Positions 1-8,583 of a stretch of DNA of 64,000 nucleotides are shown piece after piece. The notes beneath the pieces were generated by a model, which did not search any database, was not told where the DNA came from, and worked only from the letters and a program-made list of their open reading frames with translations. Where the stretch lies: IMG/VR virus record IMGVR_UViG_3300030450_003626. The stretch is one strand, 5' to 3'. Numbering within the stretch: position 1 is the stretch's first letter; each line of letters starts with the position of its first letter. The translations under genes were made by a program, and so were the position numbers. This stretch comes from an uncultured virus (IMG/VR IMGVR_UViG_3300030450_003626) (Duplodnaviria > Heunggongvirae > Uroviricota > Caudoviricetes).

Positions 1-94
1 GAGCTAACCAAAATTTTGTGCTTACATTTACCGGAAACGTCACTCTAGCTAATCCATCTACAGAACAGGTTGGACAGGCTGGTGTTATAGTTTG
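1..94 (+). repeat. Exact 94-bp direct repeat, copy 1 (copy 2 at 54489-54582)
   Basis: Base-by-base match from gagctaaccaaaatttt to ggtgttatagtttg; the copies diverge at the next base (c vs t). Confidence 0.95.
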
Positions 95-266
95 CATACA
101 AGATGGCACTGGGTCACGAACTTTGAGTCTGGGAACAGACTACGAAACTGCCGGAGGTTCTGGAATTACACTCAGCACCTCCGCTAATGCGGTTGATGTC
201 ATACCATATTTTGTTAAGGCTTCTGGTTCAATCCAGTTGGGCGCTGTGCAAAAGGCTTTCAGCTAA
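1..266 (+). CDS. C-terminal part of a tail fibre protein (truncated by window start)
   Basis: Translation almost identical to the C-terminus of the 53063-54754 protein (LTFTGNVTLANPSTEQVGQAGVIVCIQDGTGSRTL). Confidence 0.8.
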   Translation, partial: ANQNFVLTFTGNVTLANPSTEQVGQAGVIVCIQDGTGSRTLSLGTDYETAGGSGITLSTSANAVDVIPYFVKASGSIQLGAVQKAFS

Positions 267-1987
267 TGACAATGTTTAGCTCACAATGGTTTGCTAATGC
301 GGACAGTGGATTTGACTCCACGCTAATTGGCAACTCTGTCTGGTTGGATGGGTCGTCGGATTATTTGGATCGTTCGACCAGCAGCTTCAGCACTAATGAA
401 GTGACGATGGCGTGTTGGTTTCAGATTTCTGCTCCAATGAGCAGCGGCGGAGAACAGTTACTAAGTATCGGAAATAACGCTAATTCCGGCGTTGGAAATT
501 CCGGCGTTAAGTGGGAGAATGGTCTAGCTTATTTTTCAGCAGATGGATACGCGGTAAAATCTACCGCAAAGTTTAGAGATGATGGCTGGTATCACATACT
601 GGCCAGTTTTAAACTTGATGAAGCAACGGCAAGCAATAAAGGTAAGTTCTACGTTAACGGCGAAGAGATAACTAGCTTTTCGCTTGACCAGCGGAGTTAT
701 TGGGGAAGCAGTTTTAACAATACGTCTAAGGAACTTGTCGGTGCATTTGCAGCAAGTTATGGAAAAGTCTATATCGCACAGCCGGTCATGCTTGACGGCC
801 AATCAATTCAAGGCGGCGATGTTTCGATATCTGATTTCGTAGATACACAGACTTTTGCGCCAAACGATGCACAAATTGTTCCTAAAGCTGATGCAGATAT
901 AGCTGCGCTCGCATCGTCTGCCGGTGGCAACAGTTTTTGCCTAGACTTTTCCGACAGTTCCGCACTCGGAAACGATATAAGCAGCAATAACAATGATTTA
1001 ACTGCAAACAGTATGAGCAGTGCAAATCAATCAGTGCATACGCCCAGTCTAGTCTTCCCCATTTTGAGTGGTGTAAACGGTCAATTAACAGAGGTGTCGA
1101 ATCTGGAGTATGGCAACCGCTTGGCCGTTGGCAGCGCAAATTGGTATTCAGTTTTTGCAAGCAAATCTATGGGGAAAACCGGTAAATATTATTACGAAAC
1201 TCGTATTCACACCGATACTGGAGCGAACGGATTCCCGTCGTGCATTCACGATGCGGCGACTGCCAGCAAAAACTACAGCTACTATATTGGCTATACGACC
1301 TCGTCGCACGGCTTGGGGTATGGGATGTACTCCGGGGACGGCTACTACTACACGAACGGAAGCAGCACCGCTATAACTGGTGCGGCGACGATGTCGGCGG
1401 GTGACATAATCATGTTGGCCGTTGATTTAGACAATAATAAAATTTGGTGGGGAGAAAACGGAACTTGGTACGACAGTGGCGCACCGGCATCGAATACGGG
1501 TGGTATCTCAATTCAAGCTGATACTGAATATGTTTTTGGCACCTCAACGTCATCCAGTGAAGATTATTTTGTAAATTTTGGTGCGGACAGCACGTTCGGA
1601 GGCGCGGAAACTGCGGGAGGAAACACCGACACAAACGGCGTTGGTGATTTCAAATACGCGGTGCCAAGCGGGTTCCAATGTCTGGCGTCTTCCAGCCAAT
1701 CAACAGTGACTTTTTCAAATCCGGCAACAGGCTCATTTACGGGCAATGGAAGTACAAATGGGCCGTTCGTTTATTTGGGATTTCAGCCGTCACCAAGCGA
1801 TGCGTTGACGATTAATTCCAACGCCGTAACGTATGGCACTCACGTTAATTTATGCAACAACGGCTTCAAGGTTATCAGCAGCAGTTCGAGTTATAACTCG
1901 ACCGGGTCAAACAGCTATTCTCTGGTGACAGCAAATGCGTTGCAAATTAACGGCACGCTTCCGCCGTCGTATGCGGTGACAAATTAG
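266..1987 (+). CDS. Tail fibre / receptor-binding protein with LamG/ConA-like and SPRY-like domains (allele A)
   Basis: RDDGWYHI LamG-type motif; GKYYYE...GDIIMLAVDLDNNKIWWGENG and VNFG...FKYAVPSGF SPRY-type motifs; located in the tail module. Confidence 0.7.
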   Translation: MTMFSSQWFANADSGFDSTLIGNSVWLDGSSDYLDRSTSSFSTNEVTMACWFQISAPMSSGGEQLLSIGNNANSGVGNSGVKWENGLAYFSADGYAVKSTAKFRDDGWYHILASFKLDEATASNKGKFYVNGEEITSFSLDQRSYWGSSFNNTSKELVGAFAASYGKVYIAQPVMLDGQSIQGGDVSISDFVDTQTFAPNDAQIVPKADADIAALASSAGGNSFCLDFSDSSALGNDISSNNNDLTANSMSSANQSVHTPSLVFPILSGVNGQLTEVSNLEYGNRLAVGSANWYSVFASKSMGKTGKYYYETRIHTDTGANGFPSCIHDAATASKNYSYYIGYTTSSHGLGYGMYSGDGYYYTNGSSTAITGAATMSAGDIIMLAVDLDNNKIWWGENGTWYDSGAPASNTGGISIQADTEYVFGTSTSSSEDYFVNFGADSTFGGAETAGGNTDTNGVGDFKYAVPSGFQCLASSSQSTVTFSNPATGSFTGNGSTNGPFVYLGFQPSPSDALTINSNAVTYGTHVNLCNNGFKVISSSSSYNSTGSNSYSLVTANALQINGTLPPSYAVTN

Positions 1988-1996
1988 GAGTTTGTT

Positions 1997-2569
1997 ATGT
2001 GGAAATATAACGGCAAAACGATCAATATTGGAAAACCTTGGGTTGATGATCACGGTATTCAACATCCGCCCAATTGGAACATTTGGTCGGCAGATGAAAA
2101 AGCAGCGGCAGGATTGACCGAAGTTGTCGAAGAGACGCCGCCGGATAGTCGTCTATATGATTGGTTCATGGATTCGGACGGCAAAATAAATAAAACTGCC
2201 AGAAATTTAGACGATACCGATGCTGTAGATGGCGACGGGGATAAGATTAAAGACGAAGATGGTAATCAGGTAATAAACCCTGGCGTCAAATCGAACTTAA
2301 AAGAAGAAGTTAAAGTGCAACAGGGTGCTCTACTTGCTCAAACTGATTGGGCAATTGTACGCAAAGCTGATAATGGTACAGCTATACCAAGTAATATCCA
2401 AGATTGGCGGGATGCTATTCGCGCTAAAGCAACGGAGATGGAAAATGCGATTGACGGTGCAGAGAATACAGATGCTGTAGCTGCACTGTTTGTGTCTTAT
2501 ACGGCTAACGAAGACGGTAGCGTAACAAAGTCTGGAATTCTTTACGATTGGCCTGAATTAGAAAGTTAA
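1997..2569 (+). CDS. Tail fibre assembly chaperone-like protein (allele A)
   Basis: LLAQTDWAIVRKAD...WRDAIR motif; follows the fibre gene; AGGAG RBS. Confidence 0.6.
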   Translation: MWKYNGKTINIGKPWVDDHGIQHPPNWNIWSADEKAAAGLTEVVEETPPDSRLYDWFMDSDGKINKTARNLDDTDAVDGDGDKIKDEDGNQVINPGVKSNLKEEVKVQQGALLAQTDWAIVRKADNGTAIPSNIQDWRDAIRAKATEMENAIDGAENTDAVAALFVSYTANEDGSVTKSGILYDWPELES

Positions 2570-2612
2570 GTGTGTGCAAATTTGTACAAAGATTTAAAGG
2601 CGGGGCAGTACG

Positions 2613-2780
2613 GTGGCGACCACGATACGAGATGTTGAGGCAAAACTAAACACCCATGAAGCGGTGTGCGCGGAACGTTGGAAAGAGACCGTAGAACGTA
2701 TTAAACGCCTTGAAATGATACTAATTGGGTCTGCTGGCGCAGTGATCCTCCTTATGGCGGGTATGCTTTGGAAGATATAA
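2613..2780 (+). CDS. Small protein with a C-terminal transmembrane helix (holin-like, 55 aa)
   Basis: Read manually from a GTG start: MATTIRDVEAKLNTHEAVCAERWKETVERIKRLEMILIGSAGAVILLMAGMLWKI; abuts the next gene. Confidence 0.6.
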   Translation: MATTIRDVEAKLNTHEAVCAERWKETVERIKRLEMILIGSAGAVILLMAGMLWKI

Positions 2781-5060
2781 ATGCCTCTGACAAAAGTTCA
2801 ATTTAAGCCTGGTATCAACAGGGAAAGCACACGGTTCGCGGATTCCCAAGGCTGGTTCGACTCAAACCTCATACGTTTCCGAAAAGGGCGGCCAGAAAAG
2901 ATTGGCGGCTGGGAACGGGTCAGTGGATCATCTGTTGTAGGCACTGTCCGGTCCTTAAAGTGTTGGGTCACTTTGGACGCGTTAAAACTTATGGGCGTAG
3001 GTACGACCTCTAAATTCTATTTAGAGAACGGCAACGCCTTCTACGACATTACGCCTATCCGAAGCACTGCAACGTTAGGCACCAACCCCTTTACTTCAGG
3101 TAGTTCTGGGTCTGGTGTTATAACGGTGACCGCAGTAGGACATTCTGCTGTTGAAGGTGATTTTGTAACGTTTAGTGGGGCCACCGCTTTTGATGGCTTG
3201 ACCACGGCAGATCTTAATAAAGAGCAGGTTATAGCATCTATCGTCTCTGCGAATAGTTTTACGGTAGATACGGGAGGCTCTGCCTCATCTGGATCAACAG
3301 CGGGAGGAGGTTCGGCTGTAATCGCCAACTACCAAATCCATATCGGTAAAGAGGAGGTACTCTCAGAGGCTGGTTTTGGGGCGGGGTTTTGGGGCGGTCA
3401 GACCCTGACATACAGCCAAACCACCTTGGACGGTGGCATAAACGACAGCGTAACGTCGATAGCACTGACATCTGCGTCTGATTTTGAAACGGCTTCTACA
3501 ACGACATCTGCGGCAGTTGCTATCGTTGATACAACAATCAGTTTAGCAGATTCTTCTGGGATGCCTTCCAGAGGAACCGTCAAAATAGACAGCGAAAATA
3601 TCGAATACAGAACCAACTCAGGAAACGTTCTTAGTGACATCACCAGAGGGGCTGATGGAACCACGACAGCAACTCATTCCAGTGGTGCGACGGTGACCTT
3701 CGTTGGTCTGATACAGGTTGACGACGAACTCATACAGTACACGGGAAAGTCCAGTAACACTTTGAATGCAGGTGTTGTTCGAGGTGCAAAAGGCACTAGC
3801 GCGGCGGCTCATGCCGATGGCGATATCGTCAAAGAAGCCAATGGGTTTTACGGATTTGGTGACGCCGTAGCCCCCTTTATAACTGGCCACCCCGCGCGCC
3901 TGTGGTCCCAAGACAACTGGGGCGAAGACGTAATAATGAATGTCCGAGACGATAACGTTTATTATTGGGACGCTACGTTAGGGCTGTCCACTAGGGCAAC
4001 GGCTTTGAGCGCTCAAACAGGTGCGTCTGACGCACCCACTACGGCGCGTCAGGTGCTAGTATCAGACACGGACAGACACGTTATTTGTCTTGGAGCAAAC
4101 ACTCTTGGAACCACGGAACAGGATCTCTTATTGGTTCGCTGGTCAGACCAAGAAAGCGCTGTTGATTGGACGCCACAGGTAACGAACACGGCCGGCGACC
4201 AAAGGCTGTCTTCAGGTTCGGAAATAATCACAGGAATCGAAACCCGACAGCAAATTTTGATTTGGACAGATTCGTCCTTGTACGGCATGAGATTCGTTGG
4301 ACCGCCGTTTACGTTCTCATTTAACCTTTTAGCCAACAATATATCTATCATTTCCCCAAATGCCGCTACGGCAATTGGGGACCGCGTTTTTTGGATGGAC
4401 AAAGAAAACTTCTTCGTGTTTACGGGTCAAATACAAACTATTCCCTGTACCGTGTTACGGTATGTGTTTGACGACCTAAACTACGACAAGACTCTTAAAT
4501 TTTTTGCTGGCGCAAATCGAATGTTTAACGAAGTCTTCTGGTTTTATTGTTCTTCCAGTAGTGACGATGTCGATAGGTACGTTAAATACAACTACCAAGA
4601 CAACACCTGGGACATTGGTTCGTTGGCCCGGACGGCATGGGTTGATTTTGGGCTACACTCTAAGCCTCGAGCCGCGGGCGTTTCGGACAGTTTGAACTAC
4701 ATTTACTCTCACGAAACGGGGACCACGGACGACGGAGCGGCGATGTCCCCGTTTATTGAGTCTTCTGTGTTTGCGTTAGGGGACGGAGAACAGTTTTCGT
4801 TTATCAGTAGGTTAATACCTGATGCGGACATTTCCAGTTCAGATTCGGACACCACGATAGATTACGTGCTGAAGACAAGAGATTATCCCGGAAACAGTCT
4901 AACAACGAACTCCACGAGCTCTATTAAAAGTTCTACGGAACAGGCTTTTCTACGGTCAAGGGCGCGATCTGCGGTGCTGCGAGTTCAGAGCAGCGCGACT
5001 GACGTTCAATGGACCTTGGGCGATGTTCGGTTGGATATCCGACCTGATGGTAGGCGCTAA
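2781..5060 (+). CDS. Tail / packaged-DNA stabilisation (nozzle-type) virion protein
   Basis: 759 aa, beta-rich; LVRWSDQE...W...NTAG...L motif and DIRPDGRR C-terminus typical of podovirus tail hub proteins. Confidence 0.65.
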   Translation: MPLTKVQFKPGINRESTRFADSQGWFDSNLIRFRKGRPEKIGGWERVSGSSVVGTVRSLKCWVTLDALKLMGVGTTSKFYLENGNAFYDITPIRSTATLGTNPFTSGSSGSGVITVTAVGHSAVEGDFVTFSGATAFDGLTTADLNKEQVIASIVSANSFTVDTGGSASSGSTAGGGSAVIANYQIHIGKEEVLSEAGFGAGFWGGQTLTYSQTTLDGGINDSVTSIALTSASDFETASTTTSAAVAIVDTTISLADSSGMPSRGTVKIDSENIEYRTNSGNVLSDITRGADGTTTATHSSGATVTFVGLIQVDDELIQYTGKSSNTLNAGVVRGAKGTSAAAHADGDIVKEANGFYGFGDAVAPFITGHPARLWSQDNWGEDVIMNVRDDNVYYWDATLGLSTRATALSAQTGASDAPTTARQVLVSDTDRHVICLGANTLGTTEQDLLLVRWSDQESAVDWTPQVTNTAGDQRLSSGSEIITGIETRQQILIWTDSSLYGMRFVGPPFTFSFNLLANNISIISPNAATAIGDRVFWMDKENFFVFTGQIQTIPCTVLRYVFDDLNYDKTLKFFAGANRMFNEVFWFYCSSSSDDVDRYVKYNYQDNTWDIGSLARTAWVDFGLHSKPRAAGVSDSLNYIYSHETGTTDDGAAMSPFIESSVFALGDGEQFSFISRLIPDADISSSDSDTTIDYVLKTRDYPGNSLTTNSTSSIKSSTEQAFLRSRARSAVLRVQSSATDVQWTLGDVRLDIRPDGRR

Positions 5061-5227
5061 TGGCTAAATTGCTCGAAGTATCGCTTCCATTGCTGCCGCA
5101 GCAATATGACGCAGAACTAATGATTCAAGTTGTCAGTGATATAGAAACCGCGTTGACCAGAACCGAAATTCCTGCGGTTATTAGTGGGCAGGATGACACG
5201 AACGGTTTGAACTGGTTCATGAACTAA
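5060..5227 (+). CDS. Hypothetical virion protein (55 aa)
   Basis: Read manually; TAATG overlaps with both neighbouring genes. Confidence 0.6.
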   Translation: MAKLLEVSLPLLPQQYDAELMIQVVSDIETALTRTEIPAVISGQDDTNGLNWFMN

Positions 5228-5547
5228 TGGCTTCTGCGTATAAAAACATTCTTACGACGGTTGGGTCTACGGGAGACGTGACGATCTACACGTGTCCTTC
5301 GGCCACAACGGCCATTGTCAAAGATTTAAACTTGTACAATAGTCATTCTGGTACAATAGTGGTATTGTTGAAGATAACTGATAGTTCAGCTTCAGCAACG
5401 GTCACGCTTCAGAAAGACAGCATAGCAACGACCGCAGACGTGTCCCACACAGGACCCTTTGTCTTGGAGACAGGAGACACGCTCCTTCTTAATTGTGACA
5501 CGGCGTCAAAGATTATGGCGTTTGCAAACGTTTTGGAGCTTACGTGA
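5227..5547 (+). CDS. Small beta-rich virion protein
   Basis: Coupled ORF in the tail operon; IYTCPSATTAIVK...LETGDTL pattern. Confidence 0.55.
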   Translation: MASAYKNILTTVGSTGDVTIYTCPSATTAIVKDLNLYNSHSGTIVVLLKITDSSASATVTLQKDSIATTADVSHTGPFVLETGDTLLLNCDTASKIMAFANVLELT

Positions 5548-7307
5548 TGTTGTCTACTCCTAAATATGCTGGGGAACCTTCTGTCGAAGCATTGGCTTCT
5601 GGGTTAGCCACGTTGGGTCGCTACGGCGATGAATACATGGTTCATGCGGCCGAAGGCGAAACGGTTATTCCCAAGGAGGTTTTGGACAGCAACCCGCAGT
5701 TAAAGCGGGACCTTTTCCGCCAGATGATGATGATGGGGATTGAGGACCCCAATCGTTACGTTGTTGGTAGTAACCTTAATTCGATTAACCCGGTTACGGG
5801 TCAACCAGAGTTTTTCTTTAAAAAGATTTTTAAGGCGGTAAAGAAGGTATTTAAGAAGGCGCTTCCTATTATTGCGCCAATTGTCGGCAACATGATTGCG
5901 CCGGGTATTGGCGGAATTGTTGCGTCTGGTCTTGTCACCAAACTTCAGGGCGGTTCTTGGGGAGATGCTCTGAAGTCAGCGGGCATCTCGTGGGCCACCC
6001 AAGGGCTCATGGGCGGTATTGGCGGTGCCATGAGTCCTACGGGTACTTTCATGGGCGGCTTGCAGCAAGGCCTTACAACACCGTTCACGGCCGCAAGTAA
6101 TCTGTTCAGCAGCGGGCCTCTTAATCCGTTACAACAAGGTATTTTTGGATCGGCCAAATCCTTGGCTGGCGCTGGGATGTTCGGCAAGACCTTGACGCCT
6201 CGATATAATCCCGATGCTTTAGCCGGAACCGGATTGGGTGGTTTAAATCCTTCAGGCAGTGTTGGTACTGCCACAGGAACCGCAGGACAAACTGTTGTAC
6301 AACCGGGTAGTGTTGTACAGACAAGTCCTGTTTCTGACTTTCTGGATCCAGCTGATTTAGGAAGTGATTATGGAACAATAGCGCAGGATCCGTTCATGAA
6401 CATGACGGCAGAGGCGCAAGCGGCTACAAATCCGACCCAATTTATGACCGCAGAAGAACTCTATAAGAGAGCGGCAGCGGCACCTGTGCCAGCAGCACCA
6501 ACAGCACCAACAACGACAACTGGGGCAGACCTTTCACCACCAGCCGCGGAAAACACAGGTATCGCTAATTCAAGATTGCAACCTGAAGGAGATTTAAGCG
6601 TATTAGATCGGGCTAAACAATACACGCCTTGGGCTAAACCAGAATACACGGTTGGAGATACAACACTTTATGGTGACGCGGCTATACTTCAATCACAACA
6701 GGACAGTATATCCAATGCCCAAAAACTTCTCCGACAGGCTAATGTCCAAGAAGGAAGCGACCTTTGGAATTCAAGGATAAAAGAAGCCATGGAGGTCGGG
6801 AAAAGTAACGCAATGCCTGGTATCGTTCAAAAATACGGTGGTGCTGCCGCGCTTGGCCTAGGGGCAGCTTATCTTGGCGGAGCTTTTGATTATGCAGAAG
6901 AAGAGGAAGAGCTTCGCAATAAAAACCTTAGTGCAGCAAGTGAAGAAATGGAGGCCTACGACAAGTGGAAAAGAATTTCCGATAAAAACTCCCCGGAGGC
7001 TCAAGATCTTTACTTTAAATGGCACGGTCAGCCTACCCGGACACGTTCTCAATTTGAATACCTGACCGGGGGCAAGTCTGCCAGACCTGATTGGATGTTT
7101 GTACCGGAACTGCCCGGTAGATATGACATGGGCGGTGAAGTTATCGGCCCTGGCACGGGGACCTCGGACAGCATCCCGGCGCGGCTTTCGGACGGCGAGT
7201 TCGTCATGACCGCAGAAGCCGTGCGGAACGCTGGCGGAGGAGATCGAAACCTTGGAGCGGCTCGAATGTATGACATGATGCGCCGATTTGAAGGAGGAAC
7301 AGCGTAA
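5544..7307 (+). CDS. Internal virion / DNA ejection protein
   Basis: SINPVTGQPEFF, Gly/Ala-rich hydrophobic segment, C-terminal GPGTGTSDSIPARLSDGEFV motif. Confidence 0.55.
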   Translation: MMLSTPKYAGEPSVEALASGLATLGRYGDEYMVHAAEGETVIPKEVLDSNPQLKRDLFRQMMMMGIEDPNRYVVGSNLNSINPVTGQPEFFFKKIFKAVKKVFKKALPIIAPIVGNMIAPGIGGIVASGLVTKLQGGSWGDALKSAGISWATQGLMGGIGGAMSPTGTFMGGLQQGLTTPFTAASNLFSSGPLNPLQQGIFGSAKSLAGAGMFGKTLTPRYNPDALAGTGLGGLNPSGSVGTATGTAGQTVVQPGSVVQTSPVSDFLDPADLGSDYGTIAQDPFMNMTAEAQAATNPTQFMTAEELYKRAAAAPVPAAPTAPTTTTGADLSPPAAENTGIANSRLQPEGDLSVLDRAKQYTPWAKPEYTVGDTTLYGDAAILQSQQDSISNAQKLLRQANVQEGSDLWNSRIKEAMEVGKSNAMPGIVQKYGGAAALGLGAAYLGGAFDYAEEEEELRNKNLSAASEEMEAYDKWKRISDKNSPEAQDLYFKWHGQPTRTRSQFEYLTGGKSARPDWMFVPELPGRYDMGGEVIGPGTGTSDSIPARLSDGEFVMTAEAVRNAGGGDRNLGAARMYDMMRRFEGGTA

Positions 7308-8581
7308 TGTCTACTACAACACAAGAACAGATACTACGGCAAGCTCCGTTCATTGAAGCGCAACAAAAGGACCTTCTAGATTTAGCCGCAGGTGTAAGGG
7401 ACGTTCAAATTACGCAGCCCGAACAGCAAATTGCGGGTCTTGATCCTCTGACCCAAACTGCTCAAAAAGTTGGTGAGGGTTTGGGGCAATTTCAACCGCT
7501 TTTGCAACAGGGACAGGGGACGGTTGGGACAGGTCTTGCAACACTTCAGGGGTTGGGCCAAGACGTTGGACGAACATTTACCGCAGGTCAAGGAACCGTC
7601 GCTGGCGCCATAGAGGGTCTTGGCGCGGGTCCTGCTGGCACACAAAATCTCACACAGGCCGGACAGGCTTTTGGAGCCTCGGCGGGTCAGTTTGCTCCGG
7701 GTCAAGGGTACACCGCTGAAGGTTTTGATCCAGCCACCATATCCAGATTTCAAAATCCTTTTGAACAACAGGCTGTTCAACAGGCGTTGGCGGATATCCG
7801 CAGGGAAGGGGAGATAGCGGCGAACCAACAAGCGGCAGCAGCAACTCAAACGGGCGCTTTTGGTGGTTCCAGAGATGTTTTGGCGCGCGGCGAACTTGCC
7901 CGAAACGTTCTCGAACAACAAGCACGCACGGCCGCAGGTATGCGTCAGGCGGGTTTTCAAAGTGCCGCTCAACAAGCGCAGGCAGCTTTTGAGGCCCAAC
8001 AACGCCGCGCACAGGCAGAGTCCCAGTTTGGAACCCAAACGGGGCAATCAGCTTTTGAGGCGGCTCGGCAACGTGCCTTACAGCGAGGTCAGGGGTTGAC
8101 CGGCCTTGGACAAGCTCAGACAGGTCTTCAAACAGGGTTCGCCCAAACACAAGCGGGACTTGGCGCCCAATTATCAGGACTCGGCGCCCAACAGGCGCAG
8201 GAAGCGGCCCGTTTGGGTCTAGGCATTGGATCGTTGGGAACTACGCAGGCGAATATAGCCAATCTGGGTCAAGGTATGCTGGGCCAACAGGCGCAGATAC
8301 AGTCGCAACTGGGCGCAATTGGTCAGCAGACACAGCAGAGGCAGTTTGACGCGGATTATCAAAGGGCATTGCGTCAGGCTTATGAGCCATATCAACGGTT
8401 TGGTTGGATGTCAGACATTCTGAAACCGACCATTGGCACCGCTCAATCGACATTGTCCGCGGCGACAGCACCTTCGCCATCAGGATTCTCGCAACTTGTC
8501 GGAGCGGGCATTGCGGGCCTAGGCCTTAATCAGGCTTTAGGCAATCCGTTGGGCAGCGTCTTTGGAAGTAGGGCGGGATAA
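7307..8581 (+). CDS. Gln/Gly/Ala-rich DNA pilot / ejection protein
   Basis: FQNPFEQQAV, GAFGGSR motif, C-terminal Gly-rich hydrophobic tail. Confidence 0.6.
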   Translation: MSTTTQEQILRQAPFIEAQQKDLLDLAAGVRDVQITQPEQQIAGLDPLTQTAQKVGEGLGQFQPLLQQGQGTVGTGLATLQGLGQDVGRTFTAGQGTVAGAIEGLGAGPAGTQNLTQAGQAFGASAGQFAPGQGYTAEGFDPATISRFQNPFEQQAVQQALADIRREGEIAANQQAAAATQTGAFGGSRDVLARGELARNVLEQQARTAAGMRQAGFQSAAQQAQAAFEAQQRRAQAESQFGTQTGQSAFEAARQRALQRGQGLTGLGQAQTGLQTGFAQTQAGLGAQLSGLGAQQAQEAARLGLGIGSLGTTQANIANLGQGMLGQQAQIQSQLGAIGQQTQQRQFDADYQRALRQAYEPYQRFGWMSDILKPTIGTAQSTLSAATAPSPSGFSQLVGAGIAGLGLNQALGNPLGSVFGSRAG

Positions 8582-8583
8582 TC

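Noticed and set aside
1..94. Biological terminal repeat or prophage att site
   Set aside because: Lies inside a tail-fibre coding sequence, with no integrase or host genes; better explained by circular permutation and assembly
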